A stretch of 64,000 nucleotides of DNA from contig JANVYR010000002.1 in NCBI GenBank assembly GCA_030059665.1, forward strand, positions 448,001-512,000. The letters run 5' to 3'. The translations under genes were made by a program, and so were the position numbers. Under the pieces are notes generated by a model that was not told the origin of the DNA, did no database searches, and was given only the letters and a program-made list of their open reading frames with translations. The DNA comes from Candidatus Calditenuis fumarioli. Its GTDB lineage: Archaea; Thermoproteota; Nitrososphaeria_A; Caldarchaeales; Calditenuaceae. Positions 17,821-26,916 of the stretch are shown piece after piece. Numbering within the stretch: position 1 is the first letter of the stretch; each line of letters starts with the position of its first letter.

Positions 17821-19693
17821 GCCTCCTGCCTCCGAGCCTCAGAAGCGCGATGAACCCCAACACTATAACCCCTGCACCCACCACCAATAGCAGGAGCTCA
17901 GAGGAGCTGAGCCCGAATGGCCCGGGGGTCGCAACAGGCCCCACCAGCTTGAAGGCAGCAACGACGCCGGGCGTGTAGGTGCCCGCGAACTCACCCCCTC
18001 CCGAGGGTACTACCAGCACGGGTTCGCCCGATGCGTCGGTGCCGATGCTCACACCCGATGATCCGAGCCCTCCCAGCGAGATCCTCCTCAGGAGCCTTCC
18101 CGTCTCCTCGTCGAGCATGTACAGGATGCCTGCCCTGTCAACCGCGTAGACGACGCCCCCGCTCACGACCACAGAAGCCGCCTGATACCTGTTCGGCATC
18201 TCGAACTTCCACTTTATCGTCCTGGTCCTGAGGTCGACGGCGTACAGCGTGGAGTTTTGGGGTATCGTCGGATCGGGGAGGCTGATGTAACCGTCTATTA
18301 TCTGCCCCTTGTAGAAGACCTTTCCCTTGACTATTCTGTGGCAGGCCCTCTGGGAGGCGACGAAGAGGACACCGTCGTGATAGGCGGGCGGTTCCTCGAC
18401 CCCGCCTTGAGCTCCGGGGCAGTACGTCTTGCCAGCCAGGACCTCAGTGGAGAGGCCCATGTCGGCTCCGTTCCCCATGTTCACGTTGTGGACGTTCATC
18501 TCGCGCCATCCCACCTTAATCGGCTCGTACACGGGCTCGCCTGTCCGCGCGTCCAGGACGTAGATGTAGTCCGCCTTAGACGCGGCTATGACGACCTTCC
18601 TCTTGGCCCCGCCAACCTCAAGCTCAGCGAGGATGACGCTCCACCCGGGCTCCAGGGGGACGAGGGCGTGCGGCATGACCTGATAGTACCATTTCAGGTC
18701 ACCGGTCTTCGCATCTATTGCAACGATGGACATGGTATACAGGTTTGGACCTGGACGAAGCGAGGCGTCGTAGTAGGGAGATGGCTGTCCAACAGAAGCG
18801 TATAGCGTCCCCTCCTCCTGGTCGATGGCTATCAGGCCCCATAACGCCCCACCGCCTATGAGGTCTGTCGTTCCCCAATCACCGGGGAAAGGTCTGATGT
18901 TGCCCCTAGTCTTTCCCTCGAAGAGTCTCCCGTCCCTCTCGACCACGTACTTCGCAGACCAGTCAGGGTCCCCTCCTACCGGTGGAACGGTGTACCAACG
19001 CCATACCAGCTTCATGTCCCGGAGATCGTATGCTGCGAGGAAGCCCCTCCCGCCGAAGCCCGCTGTGGAAGCCCTCACTATCAGAAGGTTATCGTAGACG
19101 ATTGGTGCCTGCTCTCCCCAGTAGTAACCGGTGTTCCCTGGGATGTCGCACACAACCTCCCCTGGAACGCGCCTCAGCAACCTCCCTGTCAGCGCATCTA
19201 GCACGTGGATCGAGCAGTCCGATGCCATCATCAGTATCGTGTTGTTGTGGTACCAGATGCTCTTCTGGTTCGCGACGTACGCCCAGTAGGGCTTACCCGT
19301 GAACTCGCTCATGTTTACCTGATATGACCAGATGGGTGTTCCGGTGTCGGCCCTCAGCGCGATCACTCTATTGTATGGTGTGGCGAAGTAGACGATGCCG
19401 TTCACTATCAGCGGCGTGGTCTCGATGCCCTGGAGAGGTGCCAACGAAGGTATCCTGAAGGGGTTCTCAGGCACCTGATATAGCCAGACCAGCGCGAGCC
19501 TCCCTACGTTCTCCCGGTTTATGAGGTTCTGGGGACTGTAATTGGTGTTGCGGAGGTCGTACGCCGGATACTGCCAATTATAGGTCTGCTGAGCTGAACC
19601 GGTCGTTAGAGGAGCCCACGTCGCTAAGAGGATCAGTGTTAGGAACGCCGTTCCGATGAGGAGCCTGAGAGCGCCGGAAACGGAGGGGCGCAT
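17777..19693 (-). CDS. PQQ-type beta-propeller dehydrogenase-like surface protein, paralog 4 (divergent)
   Basis: GIETTPLIVNGIVY, GGGALWG and RPGPNLYTMSIVAID motifs; PHALVPLE replaces PHDxWDxD; C-terminal TM. Start ATG 19693 preferred over the track start 19738. Confidence 0.85.
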   Translation of the reverse strand: MRPSVSGALRLLIGTAFLTLILLATWAPLTTGSAQQTYNWQYPAYDLRNTNYSPQNLINRENVGRLALVWLYQVPENPFRIPSLAPLQGIETTPLIVNGIVYFATPYNRVIALRADTGTPIWSYQVNMSEFTGKPYWAYVANQKSIWYHNNTILMMASDCSIHVLDALTGRLLRRVPGEVVCDIPGNTGYYWGEQAPIVYDNLLIVRASTAGFGGRGFLAAYDLRDMKLVWRWYTVPPVGGDPDWSAKYVVERDGRLFEGKTRGNIRPFPGDWGTTDLIGGGALWGLIAIDQEEGTLYASVGQPSPYYDASLRPGPNLYTMSIVAIDAKTGDLKWYYQVMPHALVPLEPGWSVILAELEVGGAKRKVVIAASKADYIYVLDARTGEPVYEPIKVGWREMNVHNVNMGNGADMGLSTEVLAGKTYCPGAQGGVEEPPAYHDGVLFVASQRACHRIVKGKVFYKGQIIDGYISLPDPTIPQNSTLYAVDLRTRTIKWKFEMPNRYQAASVVVSGGVVYAVDRAGILYMLDEETGRLLRRISLGGLGSSGVSIGTDASGEPVLVVPSGGGEFAGTYTPGVVAAFKLVGPVATPGPFGLSSSELLLLVVGAGVIVLGFIALLRLGGRRLARRGQKVAGGDGG

Positions 19694-19806
19694 CACCTCA
19701 GTCGGATCGGTAAGCGCTCTATTAGCGCTTCGCTCCAACCGTCATGCCGTCCAAATTTGGACTACAGGGGAATGCTTATCAAGACCTCTCATGGTAGTGA
19801 TGCAGG

Positions 19807-20277
19807 ATGAGGGCCACCACATCCCTCCTCATGGTATCGATCGTTTCGGCAGCGGTCGTCATGCTCTACGCGTTGCAACCGTTTTTGGGGACGGGAACCA
19901 AGGCTGGAGAAGTCACGGCCGCAGATGCCTCGTCGTTGTATGAGAGGTTGTCCGGGAAGTCGCCCAACGAGGTCTTCGAGGCGATTGACAAGTTATCTGA
20001 TGCGGAGTTCAACGCGTTGCTCAACTCCATTAAACCGAGGTTTGCCACCGCACCACCTTTCAGGTGTACGCCAGATATGAGCGCTAGGCTGTGCGCACTC
20101 CTGCAGAGGAGCAGCGCCAACGGGCAGAGAGAGCCATGGGAGTTCTGCTTCAACGAGCCCTTCGACGCCGGATGCCCAGCCGCCACCTACTGCGACATTT
20201 ACACCGGAAGGTGCCAGAGCTCTCAAGGACCCTGCTTCCTGGACCAGGCGAGACAGGCCTTCGAGCGCGGCGGGTAA
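19807..20277 (+). CDS. Membrane-anchored Cys-rich hypothetical protein
   Basis: N-terminal TM; seven Cys in the C-terminal half; first gene of a tight three-gene run. Confidence 0.6.
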   Translation: MRATTSLLMVSIVSAAVVMLYALQPFLGTGTKAGEVTAADASSLYERLSGKSPNEVFEAIDKLSDAEFNALLNSIKPRFATAPPFRCTPDMSARLCALLQRSSANGQREPWEFCFNEPFDAGCPAATYCDIYTGRCQSSQGPCFLDQARQAFERGG

Positions 20278-20282
20278 CTGCC

Positions 20283-20900
20283 TTGGAGCGGTACAGGCTA
20301 GCAGCGCTCGGAGCGTTGGCTATATTGATCGTTGTGTCGGCCCTGCTCTCTGCGGACTTCAGTCCCTACAAACTTAGACCGGTAAAGACGTTTTACGTCG
20401 TTGCGTATAAGTGGGGATACGTCTTCTACGATTCGCAGTTCAACGAGATACCTTACATGGCCGTGAACAGGGGCGATGAGGTGGAGATTTACCTCATACC
20501 GGCGTCCCAGATAATCAGAGACCCGATACTCTCTGTCAGGATGAACGCCTACGTCGAGTACGAGAACAGGACTCGGTGGAGTGGCATCGGCCCACTTCCT
20601 CCGAACGACCCCAGGATAACTGAGGAGATAGTAGCGAGCCACGACCTGCCCGATCACTCGATGTTCATAGAAGGGTACAACGTAGTCGTCATCACATGCG
20701 ATGAGTGCGCGAAATCCAGGGAGGGCGAGACACATAAGGTCAGGTACAGCATAAGGCAGGTTCTGGAGGAGGCAAGGGCATCGGTCGGATACGTGAGGTT
20801 CGTGGCTGATAAACAGGGGAGCTTCGACGTTTACTGCACGATTTACTGTGGTTTCGGGCATCAGTACCAGAGGGTGAGGGGGGCTTTCGTGGTTAAATGA
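20283..20900 (+). CDS. CuA-type (COX2-like) cupredoxin with Met-to-Gln change and extra CxxC
   Basis: DHSMFIEG...CTIYCGFGHQYQ; ITCDEC insertion; N-terminal TM. Start TTG 20283 inferred. Confidence 0.8.
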   Translation: MERYRLAALGALAILIVVSALLSADFSPYKLRPVKTFYVVAYKWGYVFYDSQFNEIPYMAVNRGDEVEIYLIPASQIIRDPILSVRMNAYVEYENRTRWSGIGPLPPNDPRITEEIVASHDLPDHSMFIEGYNVVVITCDECAKSREGETHKVRYSIRQVLEEARASVGYVRFVADKQGSFDVYCTIYCGFGHQYQRVRGAFVVK

Positions 20901-21730
20901 GGAGCGGGTCAGTAACTGCACGTTGGAAGTTCAGCTCCGCATTGCTGTGGGCGATCTCGACTTTCGTCGGGTCATTCGCGATATCCCTCTTCGTCGACGA
21001 CCTTGCAATGAGCCTGAGGATCTGGCTTGACAACAGGATTGGCTCTCCGGGCCTCAGCATCCTAGCGTACAACTCGGTTCACTACCTGCTCTTTCAGCTG
21101 GCGGTGATACTGCTGCTCATTGGGGTCACTGGCGGTACTAGGAAGACCGCTGGCAGAGCATTGATCTTGCTCTTCGCGATAACCGCTGGGAAGCTAGCTG
21201 GGAGGTCGTTCTCGGAGCTTTCCCCCACGCTTTCGCAAGCGGCGTTCTCCATAGTCGTATCGACGGCGCTGAGCGCTTCAACTATAGTTCTGTCGGAAGA
21301 CCTTCTTGGTGACGGTGAGGGCCGGAAGTCGGACCCGCCGTACTTCCTCTGGACCGCAACCTTCGTGGCTGTGACCTTCTGGTTCGCTGCTTTTCCCTTG
21401 GTAGACAGGTTCGGTAACCCTGACATCTCCAACGCCACAAGGATAGGCATGGTTTTGACGCTAGCAGCTCTCGGCTACCTGGGAACGAGGGGGGTTAAGA
21501 TCAGATGGACGCTACTGCCCCTGGGGACTATGACCGCTTATTTGACCGTGGCGCTCCTCGTGTCGAGCCTCCTCGCTGACGTCTTAACAGGTACGAGAAC
21601 GCTGGCGTCGCTGCCCCCAGTGGAGCTGATCCTATACGCGGCCTCCAGGGCCCCTTTGGCCTTCTACCTCTCGATGATCGGTGTAGCTGGGAACTTCGTC
21701 AGGCGACTACTCGCGTCACGACCTGATTAG
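20897..21730 (+). CDS. Polytopic membrane protein of unknown function
   Basis: About 8 hydrophobic segments; ATGA overlap with the CuA gene. Confidence 0.65.
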   Translation: MRSGSVTARWKFSSALLWAISTFVGSFAISLFVDDLAMSLRIWLDNRIGSPGLSILAYNSVHYLLFQLAVILLLIGVTGGTRKTAGRALILLFAITAGKLAGRSFSELSPTLSQAAFSIVVSTALSASTIVLSEDLLGDGEGRKSDPPYFLWTATFVAVTFWFAAFPLVDRFGNPDISNATRIGMVLTLAALGYLGTRGVKIRWTLLPLGTMTAYLTVALLVSSLLADVLTGTRTLASLPPVELILYAASRAPLAFYLSMIGVAGNFVRRLLASRPD

Positions 21731-22843
21731 CAATGGGATGACCTCGTTAACGAGCATCTCTGCAGTCCTCAGCGACTCTGAGTAGGACAGGTCCCCGAAG
21801 CGAGTCAGCAATACGAAGGAGTTGGCGCCGGACTCGGCCAACGACCTCCTCATTTGGGCCGCCACACGATCTGGCGCCCCGATGAAGGCGATTCCCCGAT
21901 TAACTGCGTACTCAGCTGCATTGTTGCCATCTATTACGTTGGTCTTCAGCTCATTCAACAAAAAGTCATCGATCGGGGTGGAACCGGTGAAGGCCCTAGT
22001 CCACCTTACGGACCATTCGCTGAAGAGATACTCCAGGTGGCGTTTGATTGCCACCTCACCCCTTTGCCTAGCCCTGTGGTCGTCTTTGTCCACGAGAACG
22101 AGCTTCGAGAGGGACAGATAGGGGCCTTTCCTGTTGACCGAAGTGGATGCTCTCGATTCGAACGTTCTTCTGTAGTGCTCGAAATGCTCTCTGGTGGTCC
22201 CCCTCAACCAGCTCAACCACCCCCTCACTATGTTGTAGCCGTTTTCAGCAGCCCATTCTACAGCCTCCCTCCTCCTTACGGGGAACCAGAGAGGAGGATG
22301 CGGTCTCTGATAAGGCATTACGGGCGGCAACACGTCCTCGAACTCGTAATATCTCCCCTTGAAGGAGAACCTGGCCCCTCCTGATTTGAAATATTCTATC
22401 AGGAACCTTGTGGCCTCGATGCTCATCTCGCGGGCAACCTCCGGGTCCAGTTTCATGCAGGCTAGGGCCCTGCTCCCGACGTCCACCCCGCTCCCCACCC
22501 CCAACTCGAGTCTGCCCTTGCAGAGGTGATCTAACATTGATACTTCCTCCGCCAACAACAGCGGGCTCCTCATGGGTAGGACGTAGACGAGGGCACCGAG
22601 TCTAACGCGGCTGGTCCTCTGCGAAGCAGCAGCAATTATTGCGGGCTGAGACGGAGAAGGCCTGCTGGGGTTAACGTGCTTCTCGGTGAAGAAGACCCTC
22701 TTCAGTCCTATCTCTTCAAGGGCTTTGACGTGCTCAAGTTCCATATCATAAAGCTCGTGTAGCTGTTGTTTTGATCCGGCAATTGATATCCTAATTAGTA
22801 CCGAGAAGGCTTCAAGATCTAGGTCCTCAATAGTGGGGATCAC
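21716..22843 (-). CDS. Luciferase-like (LLM class) flavin-dependent oxidoreductase
   Basis: FFTEKH, TSRVRLG, LDHLCKGRLELGVGSG and PYQRPHPPLW motifs. Confidence 0.92.
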   Translation of the reverse strand: MIPTIEDLDLEAFSVLIRISIAGSKQQLHELYDMELEHVKALEEIGLKRVFFTEKHVNPSRPSPSQPAIIAAASQRTSRVRLGALVYVLPMRSPLLLAEEVSMLDHLCKGRLELGVGSGVDVGSRALACMKLDPEVAREMSIEATRFLIEYFKSGGARFSFKGRYYEFEDVLPPVMPYQRPHPPLWFPVRRREAVEWAAENGYNIVRGWLSWLRGTTREHFEHYRRTFESRASTSVNRKGPYLSLSKLVLVDKDDHRARQRGEVAIKRHLEYLFSEWSVRWTRAFTGSTPIDDFLLNELKTNVIDGNNAAEYAVNRGIAFIGAPDRVAAQMRRSLAESGANSFVLLTRFGDLSYSESLRTAEMLVNEVIPLLIRS

Positions 22844-23167
22844 TCAGTCCCCCCTAAAGGGCGATATGTGGGACTATCATTTATAATTTTCATCAAGTGG
22901 TTTAATTCGCACATCTTTCGCGCTCATATGTCGTCAGTCCTCGGAATTCCCCTTGCGATCAGACCGAAAAACCCCGTTGTTACCTAGGATTTGTTGCACG
23001 GTTAATCAGCAGTCTTGTTACGTCTCGCCTATCAAGCCTCAGAACATATAATCATTGAGCTCCAATATCTACATGCCTATTAAAGCAGCGATAAGTTAAT
23101 GGAGGAAACCAATAGCTCACCCCTTGTTTCAAATCACACGAGACTAACGGGTCCTCAGGACATGCAT

Positions 23168-23896
23168 TTATATGTTTTTTATCAAGTAAGTATAATGTCT
23201 TCTTAAACTATGGTCTGGATACTTCTTCACGACGACTTTACGGTTTAGTAGATTGCTAAACAAACTTTCTATAAAAGCCAAAAGAACATCGTCCACTCTG
23301 ACATCGAAATCGGTGAATCCCATGAACCTATTCACACGCAACAAGTAGTTATGTTTAATTCGGGTTAATGATATATCGGCATCAAAAATTTCCTTAAAAA
23401 TAGCTAATGCTGACACGCATCTTTCATTCGTCTTATGTTTTGTATGGGTTAGAACAAATTTTGCCAACCTGTTGCCTAACTCCCTCAAGAAAACAGAACT
23501 ATGATACGAGTAGAATGGATCAAGCAGACGGAACGCATGGAACAAAGCATTTACTACGATATTTCTGATGACAACATTCGCATTCATTTCTATGAAATTC
23601 ATATCATTGTGATGACTTAATTGCGTTGTGTTGAAAACATCCAGTATCTTTTTCATAAGCTCCTCCCTTTTTGAGAGATCAGGCGCAGAGAGAAAACTGT
23701 ACTCGATCAACCTTTCAATTCGCGCGAGATACTTGACTGCTTTACCAGTTCTGATCCTTATAGCTAGCCCATCATTCGTTAAGGACTTCAGGTGATAATG
23801 AACTAGTTGTCTGTCCACACCTAATTTTCTGGCAATTTCGCTGGCAGCCATGGGTTCCCTTACAATTGAGAATAGCACCGCGAGGCTCTGCCTCAC
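23168..23896 (-). CDS. ArsR-type winged-helix transcriptional regulator with C-terminal ligand-binding-like domain
   Basis: MAASEIARKLGVDRQLVHYHLKSL HTH; GTG 23896 lies about 25 bp from the TATA run (the track start 24142 overlaps the opposite gene). Confidence 0.78.
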   Translation of the reverse strand: MRQSLAVLFSIVREPMAASEIARKLGVDRQLVHYHLKSLTNDGLAIRIRTGKAVKYLARIERLIEYSFLSAPDLSKREELMKKILDVFNTTQLSHHNDMNFIEMNANVVIRNIVVNALFHAFRLLDPFYSYHSSVFLRELGNRLAKFVLTHTKHKTNERCVSALAIFKEIFDADISLTRIKHNYLLRVNRFMGFTDFDVRVDDVLLAFIESLFSNLLNRKVVVKKYPDHSLRRHYTYLIKNI

Positions 23897-23915
23897 GTCA
23901 AAATAATTTTTACAA

Positions 23916-23930
23916 ATATATATATATAAA
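23916..23930. promoter_or_regulatory. Shared bidirectional TATA element
   Basis: ATATATATATATAAA lies 20-45 bp from the divergent starts at 23896 (-) and 23952/23961 (+). Confidence 0.65.
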
Positions 23931-23951
23931 GATTCGATGATGTGACTCGGG

Positions 23952-25190
23952 GTGAGGGTTATGAGCCCTAGGTTCAGTCTGGTCCTGTCTTCAGTTGCCC
24001 TGATTGCCGCGATAATCGTCGCAGGGTATGTGGTCGTGCTCTCAGAAGGTTTAAGGAACGACGTACGAAGATCGGTAAACGACCTCACCAGCGACCTGAA
24101 GTCGGTGTCTGATAGGCTGCAAACCCTCGAACAGCTGATCAACCTGTACGCGCGGGCCGCTGGGATAGAGTCCCCAGCTCAGGCCGAACAGCTCATTAAA
24201 GAGAGACAGGAGCTTCAGGCCAAAATAGAGGGAGCCAGGAGGGAAAGCGGTACCCTGCGCATTTACGGCAGCGTTGATTTCAGGGACGTCAAGTCATTGA
24301 TCGACGCTTTCCAGGCAAGATATCCATTTATAAAAGTGACTTACGAAGAGATGAGACCGCCAGAGGTTTACACAAGGGTTACCAGCGAACTCGCCGCCAA
24401 CAAGCCCACCGCCGACATTGTGATAATCAGTCATACGACTGGTGTAAGGCTAGCAGCAGAGGGAAGGTACATGCCCTATGTTTCGCCGGAGTCTAAGTCT
24501 TACCCCGACTCTTTAAAGGATAAAGACGGTCTTTGGACGGCTTTCGTACTGCTACCCATATCACTCGTGTACAATACAAAGCTGGTCAAACAAGAAGAGC
24601 TTCCCAGGACTTTGGAAGAATTAGTGAACCCTAAATGGAAGGGAAAAGTCGTAATGCATGACATCACTCTAGGAACGGTGGGAACCCAGTGGCTGGTTTC
24701 TCTGAAGAGTTATGTAGGTGAGAGTAGGTGGAATGAGTTCGTAAATGGGCTTCTGAATTTGAAACCAGTCCTTGACATCGCGGTTTCTGCTGTTGCGGAA
24801 AAGGTTGCGGCAGGCGAATACCCCATTGGTATCATAACCAACCTACACGACGTGGTTCGATTAAGACTTCAGGGGGCTCCGGTGGACTACTTCCTTCCGG
24901 AAGGCGTCCCGTTGCTTACGTCCTTCTCTCACATCGCCATCATTAAGACGACGCAGAACCCCAATTCAGCCAAGCTCTTCGTCGACTTCGCCCTCTCACA
25001 GGAAGGTCAGGTCATAATAGGTAACGTGCCCGTGAGGTTCCCGGCAAGACCAGGAACTCCGGCCGACTTCGCATTGGAGAAGGTCCTGAAACCGGGCATC
25101 AAGATCGAACCTTATCCCACGCAGGAGGCAGTTGAGAAGGCTAGACAATGGGCTGACGAGTTCAAGAAAATGGGCTTCGGTTCTAAGTAG
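23952..25190 (+). CDS. Fe3+/thiamine-type ABC substrate-binding protein with N-terminal TM and coiled coil
   Basis: LRIYGS, LVYNTKLV, LVNPKWKG, GEYPIG and NPNSAKLFVDFALSQEGQ motifs. Start is 23952 or ATG 23961. Confidence 0.9.
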   Translation: MRVMSPRFSLVLSSVALIAAIIVAGYVVVLSEGLRNDVRRSVNDLTSDLKSVSDRLQTLEQLINLYARAAGIESPAQAEQLIKERQELQAKIEGARRESGTLRIYGSVDFRDVKSLIDAFQARYPFIKVTYEEMRPPEVYTRVTSELAANKPTADIVIISHTTGVRLAAEGRYMPYVSPESKSYPDSLKDKDGLWTAFVLLPISLVYNTKLVKQEELPRTLEELVNPKWKGKVVMHDITLGTVGTQWLVSLKSYVGESRWNEFVNGLLNLKPVLDIAVSAVAEKVAAGEYPIGIITNLHDVVRLRLQGAPVDYFLPEGVPLLTSFSHIAIIKTTQNPNSAKLFVDFALSQEGQVIIGNVPVRFPARPGTPADFALEKVLKPGIKIEPYPTQEAVEKARQWADEFKKMGFGSK

Positions 25191-25221
25191 GTTACTTACA
25201 ATCAATTAGAGGTCCAAATTT

Positions 25222-26904
25222 ATGGATCGTCCCATAATTCACAGGATACTGAAGCTTGCGCTTTTTGCCCTAGTCGTCTTGCTAGTATTATTACCAGTTG
25301 TATTCCTACTGCTCGCAAGCATAGGATTGGGACCTTTGGGACCTAAGACTAACATCACGCTAGGGAACTATCTAGCGGTATTAGAGGATCCATTTTTCGC
25401 GTCATCGCTGGTAAACAGCATCACTTTTGCTGCCCTCTCCTCATTAGTTGCAACAGGTCTCGGGTTCGTCCTGGCCTTCATCAACAGAGCGACTGATGCC
25501 CCTCTGGCTAGTGTTCTCCGCTCGGTGATGGTTGCAATGTTGGCAATGCCCAGCTTCCTTGAAAGCATCGGATGGACGTTTTTACTTAGCCCGAGAGCGG
25601 GGTTAGTTAATGTCATTTACTCGCGACTAGTTGGGGCGCAGGAGCCGCTTTTCAACATATACTCTTTCGCTGGATTGGTCTTCGCCATGGGGCTGAACCT
25701 GACACCGGTGTCCTTCTTCCTCATCAGCCCAGCTTTCTCGCTCATCGATAAGACCTTGATAGAGATGTCGACCGTCTTCGGTGGCGGTCTCTGGCGCACC
25801 ATATATCGCGTATATCTGCCTATAGTTTTGCCTTCTATCGTCTCAGCTTACATCTACACTTTCATAATCGGACTTGAGGCCTTCGACACCCCCGCAATAA
25901 TTGGCATACCTGCCGGAATCTATGTCCTGACGACCTCCATTTACAAGAAGATGGTCAGCGATATCCCTCCAGATTACGGCGGCGCAACAGCATATGCGGT
26001 TTTCCTTGCAGCGTTGGCGTCGGTTGCCCTTTGGTCGTATAGGTTCGTAGTCGCGCATGCCGAAAAATACGGGTCATTAACGGGTAGGGCAGAAGTTTCG
26101 CCAACACTTAGGTTGGGAAGAAAGTTAAAGTTCACAATCACGTTAATTATCATGACATATCTTGTAATTCACCCTATATCGGTTGTTGGCGTGTTAATTC
26201 TAGCCTCACTTCACTCCTTCTGGAACCCTAGCGTGCTCTTTCAGAACATAACGCTGGAGAATTTCCTCCTGTTCCTGACATATCCCTTGTCGTGGGTCGC
26301 TGCAATAAACAGCGCATTAGTGGCGCTCATCACCTGCATAGTTACTGTCATAGGCGGCTTGATGGTTTCGTACTTTTGTTACAGGAGACCATTTAAGGGG
26401 TCACACACTTTCGCTCTCATAACATCGCTTCCGTTGGCCGTTCCTCCGATGGTCCTCGCAATAGGCGTCTACTGGACGGCCCTCTTCTCGAACGTCGGGA
26501 TCTATGGGACCGTATGGGCTTTGGTATATGCCTATTCTCTCAGATACCTTCCCCTTGTAGTTAGATTGGTAGTTGGTCCTCTACTGCAGATAGGCAGAGA
26601 GATTGAGGACGCAGCGAGGATTTACGGTGGAATTTGGCGAAGTTTAACCAGGGTTATATTACCTCTTATGCGTGGACCCCTAATTTACGCAGCAACGTAT
26701 GTGACTGTTATAGTGTTAACGAACCTCAGCGTGGCAGTCCTCCTCGTAACTAAAGAGTCGGTCGTTCTGTCGACAACGCTGTATTCGTTGTGGAATACAG
26801 GGGAGCGGCTCGAAGCAACTGCTGGTGGACTCTTGTATTTTAGTGTAACGTTATCGGTCGCTCTTATCGGTAATTCGCTGCTGACTAAAAGCGATAGGCA
26901 ATGA
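25222..26904 (+). CDS. FbpB-type iron ABC permease (two fused repeats)
   Basis: Two EAA-like loops (EMSTVFGG, EDAARIYGG); about 12 TM helices. Confidence 0.9.
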   Translation: MDRPIIHRILKLALFALVVLLVLLPVVFLLLASIGLGPLGPKTNITLGNYLAVLEDPFFASSLVNSITFAALSSLVATGLGFVLAFINRATDAPLASVLRSVMVAMLAMPSFLESIGWTFLLSPRAGLVNVIYSRLVGAQEPLFNIYSFAGLVFAMGLNLTPVSFFLISPAFSLIDKTLIEMSTVFGGGLWRTIYRVYLPIVLPSIVSAYIYTFIIGLEAFDTPAIIGIPAGIYVLTTSIYKKMVSDIPPDYGGATAYAVFLAALASVALWSYRFVVAHAEKYGSLTGRAEVSPTLRLGRKLKFTITLIIMTYLVIHPISVVGVLILASLHSFWNPSVLFQNITLENFLLFLTYPLSWVAAINSALVALITCIVTVIGGLMVSYFCYRRPFKGSHTFALITSLPLAVPPMVLAIGVYWTALFSNVGIYGTVWALVYAYSLRYLPLVVRLVVGPLLQIGREIEDAARIYGGIWRSLTRVILPLMRGPLIYAATYVTVIVLTNLSVAVLLVTKESVVLSTTLYSLWNTGERLEATAGGLLYFSVTLSVALIGNSLLTKSDRQ

Positions 26905-26916
26905 CCAGATGCGTCC

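Noticed and set aside
22844-23167. Possible pqqA-like precursor peptide in the intergenic gap
   Set aside because: The short ORFs checked on both strands lack a PqqA-like context for an E-x-x-x-Y core.
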